From Anthoceros angustus (taxonomy: Eukaryota > Plantae > Anthocerotophyta): 28,134 nucleotides of DNA. The stretch is from assembly GCA_010909165.1 (NCBI GenBank), contig MU008227.1:114288-142421 (forward strand). The letters run 5' to 3'. Below the pieces are notes generated by a model. That model was not told the origin of the DNA, did not search any database, and saw nothing but the letters and a program-made list of their open reading frames with translations. The translations under genes were made by a program, and so were the position numbers. Of this stretch, positions 1 to 10,203 are shown piece by piece; the stretch's first letter is position 1, and every line of letters begins with the position of its first letter.

Positions 1-1591
1 TGGGGCACAAAATCGAACAATCCTACGCTTCATCCCGACGTGACCTTGCGCAAAGGAAGTTGAGGAAAAGTGCGTGAAGGCCACCAAGTCCAAAGAGCAT
101 CCGCGAACCAATCCTTAGTGCCTCAAGACTAGGACGATTGTGCAAAGGTAAGGGCAAAATCTTTGTGGCTTCCTCTTCCGATGGCATGTGCAAATAAGGA
201 CTTATGAGGATGCATGTTGGTTGTCCTCTATGGTTGCATCTGCGGAGACTTCATGCCAATGCTTGAATGGTGCCGCTGCTGGTCGGGCTCGCTTACTTTT
301 ACATTTTCCTCCTCGCCCTCCCGCTTTGTTAATTAGTAATTCCGCACCTAACCTAGTGCCTTGTCGTGATGGTGAACCAAAACCTTGAAGTCGCTATATT
401 CCAAATCTCCACGCTAGGAGCATGGTTTTCCATTAGAAGGAATGGCTTTGCATCCAAACCCCATCTCGAACAAGTCCAGCGGATGCGTAAGCACTTTGGA
501 TGAGCGGAGGCGATTGGGTGAACACATTCATGCTATTCAATGTTACATGGCGAGACGATCGCCATGTCCCACGCAGTAGGGAAAGGCACGCTTTCTCCTA
601 TTGTGCCAAAGGCATCGCATATGCGCTATACCGCACTGCGTGTCCGAATATAACCGTAACCCTTTGAACTCAACGGCGTCGCACCGGATGTCCGGGTCGA
701 GTCGTTTACTGGTGAATCGCTCCCCACCACTTTCCTATTTATTATGTGAACGCTAAACACTTTCACGATTTTGATATCTTGGCTGGTGAAAATGTGCAAA
801 CAGACCCCACATCGGGTATTTATCTTCAAATTCATGGTTTTTTAAGGGTAGGTGATATAGTATAGAGGGAAAAAAGGAAAAATTAGTAAACAAACCTTGA
901 AATGCACGGTTTCATTTGAAAACTCTTCATTCTTTATACATCATTTTTTAGTAAAATTTTAAAAAGAACCTAATACACGGTTTTCCAAAAACAAACCCCT
1001 GTTTTCACACCCTCAAAATTAGAGACGAGGAGCCGTCTCTACTTCTTAGGAGACCTTGTTCTCATAACCATGACACTGAAATGGTAATACACATGTAGCA
1101 ACAGCGAAGGAAAGTAGCGTGAAAGGAGCATTTCACCTTTACATGTGTCAGTCAACCCAGGGTATAAACAAGCAAAGCTACCACCTCCCCATGATGACAA
1201 GAATACAGAGAAGACAAACATCCAAGCACACACAACCGCCATGTGCTCGTGGTTCGCAGGAGGAAAATGAGTGCGTAGACAGCCGACTCAATACTAACTA
1301 GGAAGAAAGGGGATAGAACAAATGAAGGGTTTTCCAGAATCTGTTTCCCTCCCCCACGGCCAGCTTCCCTCCCTCACGGACAGCCTCCTCCCTCACCTAT
1401 GTGATGAATCTTAGCTTGTTGTCAAACTGTCGGGATTGGTCTGGGAGCTGTTACCATAAACATTGAGCACAGGTTAAGGAGCCTTACAGTGAACCCAACA
1501 CAGTCTCTAAACAAACCAAACAGGCTTCAAGCAAGTGTCCGCACCTCACGGTGCAATAGCGATATAGTCAAGAGCCTGGCTGAGCTAGGGA

Positions 1592-1618
1592 GTGTGTGAG
1601 GGAGGCTCCCTCACACAC
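1592..1618. repeat. 27-bp near-perfect palindrome
   Basis: gtgtgtgagggag-g-ctccctcacacac: 13-bp arms around one central base. Confidence 0.9.
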
Positions 1619-2368
1619 ACTCACACAAAAAACCTCTGAAGTTGCTGTCTGCCTATCGCGTTCGCCACGCACACTCACTGCCTGTTGGCCACACCACAAA
1701 GCTCCTCGTTCCAGGAAAAGCCTTCCACACGGTTGACTGACCCAAACGCGTGCCGCATAAAGCCCCCGCCAAATGCCTACACCACCAAGCTCCCAACCGG
1801 CCAGTAAGAATTTCTCCGACTCCAACAAGACAATACCGCCTGCGTCACACCACCTATTGCCCGACGTCATAGCTCTAGTGTGGCCATGTAGGGACTTCAC
1901 GCCAACCATCCTCACCGCTGCTCAAGTTTGAGCTCGCATTTCAGCGTGATGCATGCACAAAACCAATGCTTGTGAGTCTCAACATTAGGAGCACGGTTGA
2001 TGGAAGTGGATAACCTCATTATCACCCTAACAAAGTCAACGAGCATCCCATTGCTCGCTTCCTTCACTTACGAGTTTGGATAATAAATTGTCCCTAGCAT
2101 ATATAGCAAGACTTAATCCACTAATATATCAAATAAATTAATTTTCCAAATATAAAAATTATAATATATCTATGAAGTAAAAAACGAATAGCCTTAAAAA
2201 TATCGGTCAAAATGGTCATAATTTCAATTGTTAAACATTCAACGAATGCAAAACACCACGAGACTAAGCGCCCGCTTTCCTAAATTAGTGGTCACCTTTA
2301 CCTGGCTCGCACCTTCTACCGCTGTGAGAAACTTCGCCGCCTCTAGCATCCCTGCTCCTTCCCGGTTC

Positions 2369-3970
2369 TCAATCCTGAAGCTCATTTGCACTGCCACCCT
2401 TCTTGGCCCAAAGGGCTACACCGCGATCTTCTAGCGCTTTTGAGAGGAAAGGCCTTCTCCAATATCCCCATAATACCTCCACCGGGTTGGCGTGGTTCGG
2501 GGTATGGATGAACTCGCCCACACCCGATGTGGCTGCCACCCGCTCAACTGCTGTCAAGCTCACAACTGTTGGGGGCTGCACGGTGGCAGCAATTGTCCCC
2601 GCTGCTATTCCAGCTTGATGCGTGTTAATTGCGGCTGCCAACTTGGCATTGTAGGCCAGTTGCAGAGCACTCTGGAAAAGGGGGTTTGGAGTCTGGACCG
2701 TTGCAGTGAGGTCAGCAAAGTGAGCCTCATACAAGTCTAGAGCTTCATCTGCAATGGAACCGGCCAATTATAGCTCAATGAGCTTCTTCAACAATCTTAT
2801 TGGCTTTTGATATGGGCATACCACCCTATCATCTGCTGTGTTATAACACAGTTTATGTTCCACGTTCTCGAAAGCGAGTTGTCAACCCTTCCATCTTCAT
2901 GCTATTGCAGAAGACCGAGGAGAAATGTTGCGGCCGACAATCCTCGCTGTGGCGCCCCGTGGTGATGTTATCACCGCATCATACAACTTGTCCGCTCCAT
3001 CAAGCTTTCACATTGGTTGTGCGAAGCATGAACTGACACCTCCTTTACATGTTGCAAGCAATACATCCCGGACCATTGACATATCATCTGGCAAATGAAA
3101 TACCACGATTCTAAATAACTCAGACGTTGTGATGCCCTGGAACTACATTATGACGTTTTCAAACTCATATCGACTGAACCGCGTGTCATACTCTCTGGAG
3201 TTAGCATCCAGACCCAACCCTCTTGGCAAGTCCAGAAGCGGCATAGCATACGGTCGGGGTTCCACAAACTAGGCCATCCTCACGATGTTCCCACATATTA
3301 TGCCTACCTTGCTGGATCTCCCAGTGTCATCTCTGAACGTCTTTAACTTGTCGGGACTTGCGGTCTCCAACAACCGTCATTGCTCGTCCTCCATTATTTT
3401 CCATGCTTTGGCCTTCATAACGTGTTCCTTGAAATTGTCTGGGAGTGCACTCCACTGAAGACAAGCATTTGCTCGCTGCACAAAAGGGCAAAGTCCCACT
3501 GTTAGACAAGAACATTGTGGCAAGTGAAGCAAGCCCAAAGCCACCAAGCATTCATACACATGAAATGATCTCAAATGCACCACCACTGTGTGGAGGCCTG
3601 CAACCGACTACTCTACGGACCATAGTTTTGAACGTCGTGTTTGCCGATCCGCCGACAAGATCTGATTGAGGGTAGCACTCCTAACCCTCAAAGGTCTCAC
3701 GATTCGTTCTTTGCAAGTGTGACGTGGATGAGGTTCAATTTTTGGCCTTCTCCAGCCACCCTTTTTGCATTCACTCAAACTCATTTCTCCGCATGTAACC
3801 TTCATACATGCTGTCTTAAGGTTGTTGTTGCCCGCAGCAGAATGTTCGATACCCTGGAAACACTTCCACACTCTCATTGGCACATCCGCTTCTTTAACCT
3901 CAATGACCACAAGGAACACGATAATTTTTGAAGGGCGGGATATACTGACCCCCTTCGGCCGAGACAGCAC
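2369..3970 (-). pseudogene. Decayed beta-class N4-cytosine/N6-adenine DNA methyltransferase-like gene, with a possible N-terminal ParB-like segment
   Basis: Track ORFs 3608..3970, 3377..3586 and 2369..2767 share one frame. Hand translation between them gives KVGIICGNIVRMA*FVEPRPYAMPLLDLPRGLGLDANSREYD...(~137 aa)...VVCPYQKPIRLLKKLIEL*. The G(N)-to-D spacing of 20 residues equals that of GD...DPPY in N6_N4_Mtase enzymes, and PxQKPxxLLxxLI is the family motif preceding the SAM-binding loop. The tetrad is DLPR rather than DPPY and no FxGxG is visible. The ParB-like call rests only on FLVV...W..F...AAGNNNLKTA (~3910-3809). Confidence 0.65.
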
Positions 3971-4708
3971 CCCCTTGTCACGAAGAACACCTTACCTAGA
4001 ACAGCATATGTGCCCTACTTTGATAATGCACACACCCTTTCTCGAGGTCATATCTTTGATAAAAGATGCACTTTCAAGTCTACACCGAGAACTGGAGCAT
4101 GAGGGTGTGGGCCCGCTTATGCTTTTAGTAGAATGCATAGAGGGCTGCCATTTTCATATGTTTATTACAACCGAAACTTTTACTTTCAAGTGGTGGAACA
4201 CAATGAAAACAATGCATTAGCGGAGTCTCATTTATGGTCGTGAGAACATTGCAACAAACAATCGCTAAGGAGGAAGTGGTCATCAAGATCGATAATAGCC
4301 ATTCAAGAGTGCGGCTCGGCGACTCATCCATGCCTTGCGCAAACCGAGTCAAGTACCACCGCCATATTCGGAGGCGGTCCATATCCTCCGCCTCAAGTTG
4401 TCGCTCTCCATTGCTTGCTGCCTTCAATAGTATCATTCTTGGGCCCAGCCCGACCTGTCGATCGCCACACAAGATCTAGGGTCTCACGACCTCATCCAAA
4501 AGGTCGCCACCGTGGTCTTCAACCTTCCGCACTCAATGCAACCACTTGGGCTTTAAGGCAATGCCAACGTCCTTAAAATGAACAAAGTTAGTTGCCCATG
4601 CGCCCATGCAAGCATCCTTAAAATCAACAAAATTGAATTGAGGAGGCACGGTTTGAACACAAAACCTATTCACATTACACTTATTTCCCAAACACTAGAC
4701 CAATGAAT

Positions 4709-4728
4709 AGAAGAAGAAGAATTTTATT
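4709..4728 (-). terminator. LINE 3' end: AATAAA signal followed by a (TTC)4 microsatellite tail
   Basis: Minus strand reads aataaaattcttcttcttct, ~100 bp downstream of the ORF2 end. Confidence 0.6.
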
Positions 4729-4804
4729 TAAGTCCACTAAGGACGGATTTCCGCCATGGGACCGATTTCATACATACAAAGAAAGTATATTGAAAAATTA
4801 ACCG

Positions 4805-7800
4805 CTATTCGAACTGGCCCCGAGAACTAGTGACGGAACCATTATGTAATGTCGTATGTTGAACTCTTGAAAATGTTGAGTCCGCTTCTCCCACATTTGC
4901 TTTAGGCAAACACCCACTGTAAATAGGATCGTGAAAAGAGAAAAGCGCGAAATGAAGATCGTCTTGTAAATAGAGGGATAAAATTCCGAATATCTTCATA
5001 TGTGACAGAGGAACACAAAGTGTTCTTCCCACCCCCTGCTGCATAACCTGCAAATTCTGGACTCCTTTGGTGGCTTAGGACGTAGCCATCTATCCGTCTC
5101 AATCCAGACGGTGAGACCCGACACGAAGATGACCTATAATCATCCTTAGTTTGAAAGACACCGGGGTGCGAAGGTAAAGAGAGAGCACTGGTTTCCCAGA
5201 ATTGGATAAAATACGAAAATACTGTTTATAAGTGTCAAGCCTAGGGGATAAGGGAGAGAGAGGAGACCAAGTATAGGACAAGTATGTAGTCTGCAAATCA
5301 AGGTGAATGGACTTATTTGGAGGAGGTGGCAAGAACTGGAAAAGGGATGGGCCGAAGACTCTGGACAAAACCAAATTTCGCAGCCATGAGCAAGATTATG
5401 ATACCAACAAGTCTTATCTCCCGAGACGGCTAATTTTCGGAGGACAAAAGCAAGAAGGAGGTATGAGGAGGGAGGTAGGATGATCGAATGAGCTTCTAAT
5501 GAATGAGGCGGTAGAAGAAGTTTAAATAGACCATCCAAAGCGGAATGTGGCAAACTCGCAAGGAAGATGGGAAGGGGATGACCTCTTGCACGCAATGTGG
5601 GACGAAGAAAGGATGTCTGAACCTCCTCCACCTTGCACCAATCGTCGGGAGAGAGGTACGGTCCCCAAAACTCCGCTGCATACATAGCCGAAGGAACGAC
5701 GACTGTGTTGAATAACCATTGCTGAGTGGGGATGTCCTTGATGTGCATCCGAGAGCACTGTCTTCGAACCCCACACGCCGATGCCACACCCTTGAGAATG
5801 CGAGCGGAGGCAGAGAGCTTCCACTGAAGTGTCGGGCCATACAGAGTTCCACCCAGGTAGACATAAGATCGAACTACCTGGACAAGTTCACCATTATTAT
5901 ATAGTAGAACTTGAGATTGTGTTGCACCGATCCCGCCTGAAGAACATGACCTTAGTCTTCTTGAGATTGACCTCCAAATCTCGCAGGCGACAATATGTCA
6001 AGTTGCCGTTGGAGGCCCCGAGGAGTGGGAGAGAAGGGCAATGTCATCCGCATACAAGAGAATAGCAATATAGACCAAGGAAAGGATGCAACCAGGATCC
6101 CCATACTCCGCAATCCAAGACTCCATCATCTATGTAGAGGCCAAATAGGTTAGGAGAAGATGGATCCCTCCAGACTCCCATGTTGCAAAGCAAATCCAAA
6201 AGGTCAAAAGCGATAAGGAGTGCGGATCTTGGCTTTCACCTTGTCATATAGAACCCTATGGCATGAAGAAGATGAGGAGGCATACCCACCTATGGAAGGG
6301 CCAAAGAGCTTCTCCTCGAGATAGAGTCAAATGCCCGCTTGAAGTCAACAAAACATACATAAACATGCTCATATCCTTCTTTCCGCTTCAATAATAGCAA
6401 TGAGAGTGAAGAGATTATCCTGGTATTACATGGACGAAATCCACTGCCCGTGCCTAACTCCAGATTCTCACCAAGTCGAGTGAGAATTTCCAAGCAAGAG
6501 CTAAAGATCTTGGCAAAATGGACTCAACCATGATATACCTATAGTTGGATGGGAGCAGGGTCACCGTCTTGAAGATGGAATGGATGTCATTCCAAAGACC
6601 ACTCATCCGAAATCCATGGACCAAAGCTTTGAATGCAAGGGGGGAGCAATCACCATAGGACTTGCACGAGAAAAGCTCTGTGAATGTCTTCGTGGTCGGG
6701 GCTCTACCAGATCTAAGGTTATTGATGGCGGTAAGGATAAGGTCGAGTGAAAAGCTTGACCCCGGATCCATGGTCCTAATCGAGGGGTATAGATTCCCGA
6801 AAGAAGAGTTTGGACATATTCGATAAGCTCGAGACTGCAGCTTGGATAGTTTGATGGGAATGAAACTCCTCCAAAAGCAAAGACCGCCGGGATTCCTTAA
6901 GGAGCTTGACAAGACGATCACGTTGGGAGGAAAAGAAAGGACTTTTGACAAAGAATGAGGGCTTTGTACGGCTTGACAATTTCCTTGTACAACGGGAATG
7001 ATGAGACTTGGATGGAACCTTGAGAGCTCAAGGTAGTTGTGAGTATGGAAGAAGCTTGCACTCCATCAAACCAGTGGATAAAGTTGGAAAGCTTGACGGG
7101 TGACAAGGTTTAGGAGGGAAGATTTGATGCACAAGAAAGCACGGCGGAAGTGAAAGCGTAAGCTTGTGAAGGGAAGAGACGGAGGAATAGCAAGGATCTT
7201 TTCAAAAGAGAGGAGTATTGGGAAGCTAGACGATGAGGGAAAAGCGGACTCTAGGAGACTTGTGGTATTGTAGAATGGTTTATGGCTTATGACACGAGAT
7301 GTGCCAAGACAAGAAGGCATGGTCGACTCTAGAGGCTTGAAGTTAGAAACATAAACCGATGTAATCAAGAACGAAAGAAGCCTCGCCCTAGAACGTAATC
7401 AAGAACAGGAAGTTGACCTCAAGGCGCAAAGTGGGTGATCCTCTCGCCTGTGCCATTGAGAGAGGCCGTTGTATATAAATAATCCATGCGACTCCACGAG
7501 GTTGAGAAGTGCCCGAAAAGATTAACTGTGCGGATCATCGACCTTCTCTCAAGCCTGTGTCCGCAACATCAAGCGGAATAGTTGATGTCGATCATCCGTG
7601 CGAGATAGGAGATTGTTCCGAGGAGGTCCAAGCATTGAAGTCTCCAACCAAGAGGATATCTCCTTGGGGCATGAAAACATGAGATCTTCAGAGGTCTTGA
7701 AACGAAAAGAGAGGTTGGCCTCTAGCATGCGGAGAACCCCGAGGTGGAAAGTAGCAAGATGCTATGAACAAATGATTAGATGGAAGGATGGTTGCGTAAA

Positions 7801-8070
7801 CCTTGATCCATAAGACCTCAAGGAGTCCTCCTGCAATGATGAAATCAGAGAGAGAAGATCGAAAAACAAGCGACGCCACCGCAGCTTGGGCGCCTTTGAA
7901 GAGACATAATTCCCGAAAAGAGAAAAGAATGGAAGTTGGGAAAGGTGGGAGGTGTCTAGCCCGTGTTCGTGAGTTTCGTAAGGAAGATCAAGTCGTGTTC
8001 CGCTAAATGGAGCAATCCGTGTTGTGCCCATAAAGATCCATTACAATTCCAGAAGCCATCTTGATGATTC
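4805..8070 (-). pseudogene. LINE ORF2 (AP endonuclease - reverse transcriptase - CCHC zinc knuckle), frameshifted
   Basis: FWNCNG (~8050-8036), IASCYFPP, LLVGDFNA (~7650-7630), YVCFVDFKRAFDSISR (~6365-6320), LLYADD (YADD 6054-6043), PSAMYAAEFWGP, LRVGSHRLxIETxRW...ICRLC...EEHFVFLC (~5130-5000). Ends approximate. Confidence 0.9.
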
Positions 8071-8089
8071 TCGGGCATTGCAAAGTAGT

Positions 8090-9240
8090 GACCTTCATAA
8101 GGTCAAGAGCCGTCGAACTCGGAGGGCTCTTTGACAATCACCGATCTCCATGGAAGAAAGTCTTCCATGAGCCTCCCCGAAGCCGCATCAAAGCTTGCTT
8201 GGTCTTCACCGTAGCTTGGTTAAATCATCTCCTATATAAATATCCCGCCTCGAGATTAGTGGGCGCAAGACTTGGAGCCTATCCGAGAGAATGGAAACGG
8301 ATGAGAAAGATCAAGGACAGGTGGTCCTTACCCACCGCCCAAGCATTCGGAAAGATATGCCGGTAAATGGAGCTTGTGGCTAAGAACGGATATGACTTCC
8401 TGTTCCCAATTCGACAAGCCCGCCACTCAAGATTGAGGGAGCGCTGATCCGTTTGAGATTCAAGAATTGCCGCATCAACGCTTCAAGGCAAGGATGGCGC
8501 GCTTGAGGAGGAGGAACCAATGGGCATCGCCTAACTTCTCCACTTTGACCGCATAAATTGTTTTGTCAAAACCGTCCGCGACTTGAGTTTTGAAATGGAC
8601 ATATTGCTGACATAGCTCGCACTTCTCCTTGACGAATTTCTTGAGCTCCAAACATTTAACTTCCATGGAAGCGCTTGCTGCATAATATCTTGTTTGAAGG
8701 CCACGCCTCGTTGAGCACAATGTGCGTAAAACTCCCCGAATGTGTCCAATCGCGGTGATGTTGGAAGACGCCTGCTTTTAATTGAGGAACCGCCTCTGAA
8801 GGTAAGAAGGCAATTGCTTATTGAGGGAAGCAATTTGGTGTTGATGCCGGACAATATCCGCACGTATGACCGGAAATTTCGCCCAATTCCTTCAAGTGCA
8901 ACAATCTCGAGTTGTTGGGCCCGAATCTTGTCTTCAAAATGTTGCTTGAAATTCAAACTCCGCTTTAAGTTCGTGTACACCTTGGGAAGCCCGAAGTCTC
9001 GATCGCAACTTTGATATCAACTTGGAAGGATTTGAAAAGCCTCTCGATTTTATTTTTGCCTTGTTCCCTTGGAGGATGTAGGAGCTCATGACTCAGAAAG
9101 TCTCATGGAGTCCAAGACGCTTCTCCAACATGGTCCGAGTCCAAGCATGATATCCAAGCCAGGAGTAGGTGCTGCGCTGGCCAAAGGCGCAGCTATGTAT
9201 GCTATGGCCAAAGTTGAGGGAAAGGTGGTAAGAGAACCGT
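8090..9240 (-). pseudogene. LINE ORF1 (coiled-coil plus RRM-like C-terminus), frameshifted; N-terminus probably continues beyond 23212
   Basis: YIGDDLT (8239-8219) followed by basic residues is typical of RRM-type ORF1 C-termini; charged helical segments in track ORFs 8475..8720 and 8531..8980; lies directly upstream of ORF2. Confidence 0.55.
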
Positions 9241-9469
9241 GGCTGCCCGAACTCAAGCCCGGCCTCCCGGCCGAGTCCTAGGCCCCGCCCCGCCTCGGCT
9301 CAACCTGACCAAATCCAAGCCGCACCGCCCATGGTTCCCGGTAATCCTTAATCCGCACCTCCCGGCCTGGCTAAGCTCACGCCGCCACCACGCCTTCGCC
9401 TCACCGGCTTGCTCGGCCTCGCATCGCGAGACTTAGCAAGACGCCACCTCGTGGCCTCGAGACCTGACC
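9181..9469. repeat. ~290-bp duplicated segment; the second copy is split by the LTR element (9473-9495 + 23212-23453)
   Basis: ccaaaggcgcagctatgtatg (9181-9201) recurs as ccaaaggcggccagctatgtatg (9473-9495); tatggccaaagttgagggaaaggtggtaagagaacc (from 9203) recurs exactly from 23212 and similarity continues to ~23453. Confidence 0.85.
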
Positions 9470-10203
9470 TCACCAAAGGCGGCCAGCTATGTATGTGTGG
9501 GCTACGGACTTTGGGGGTTAGGAAATAAGTGGGGTTTTGTTTTGTAGGTTGGAATAGTAAAATAAGGCGGAAAAGGAGGAATAAGCACGGATGGCGCTCG
9601 ACGGACTTGAGTAAGCAACGGACCACCCGAGTAAGCAACGGACCATACCCCGGAAACCGACTACACTATGGAAACCCCGACTACACTGAGCAAGTCCCGA
9701 GAAGCTTGACACCCTTCGAGTACGCTGGTAAGTCCGGACCCCACTCCGGTGTGATAAGTACGCCGGGAAAGCAACTTTGAATTGAGTCGAGGAGAAGGCG
9801 GGCGCCACGTGACGGCCCCGAGTGGAGGACGAGCATGCAAGCAGCCAGACCGTAGCTCGCCAAGGGCCGCAGGGCGGTGTATTCACGCCCGGTGCGCGCG
9901 AGGCTAGAGTACGCTGTGGGCTAGAGGTAAGCAGCAACAGAGGGACAAAGTAAGCCGCTGCATTCGCGGACAAGAGCCGCCCTTCCCGCAAGCATTTCCT
10001 CAAGAAAGAGCGGGTGGAAGTCATTCTCCCAAACCTCTTGCGACCGCCTCGCCTCGCCCGACATCCGGCTTTTTTGAGTCTCTTCGCGCCAAGGTGTCCC
10101 CACGCCACGCTTGATTTCACGGAGGAAGGAGCTAACGAACGGAGGAGAGGAGCGCAGCCGCGACGCCTCAAATTCGGGAGCAAGGCACAAGCAAGACGAG
10201 CCG

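Larger units (their letters stand above)
4709..9495 (-). mobile_element. APE-type LINE (non-LTR retrotransposon): 3' end, ORF2 and most of ORF1; interrupted by the LTR element
   Basis: Endonuclease, RT and C-terminal CCHC motifs in order on the minus strand; AATAAA plus (TTC)n tail at 4728-4709; ORF1-like region upstream. Confidence 0.9.

Noticed and set aside
1021-1050. Hairpin agagacg-aggagc-cgtctct as a Helitron 3' end
   Set aside because: No CTRR terminus at the expected distance on either strand and no Rep/helicase motifs.
2955-2985. YDAVITSPRG as an SPPY-like catalytic motif
   Set aside because: Only ~45 aa before the QKP block, too short for beta-class architecture; the upstream DLPRG fits the spacing to the G(N) motif.
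4690-4708. aaa-CACTAGACC as left TIR pairing with the 28001 terminus (aaa on both outer sides)
   Set aside because: Beyond CACT the two ends match poorly (CACTAGACCAATG versus CACTGCTACCGAA), whereas CACTA TIRs are usually near-identical. If real it would place the MTase gene outside that element.
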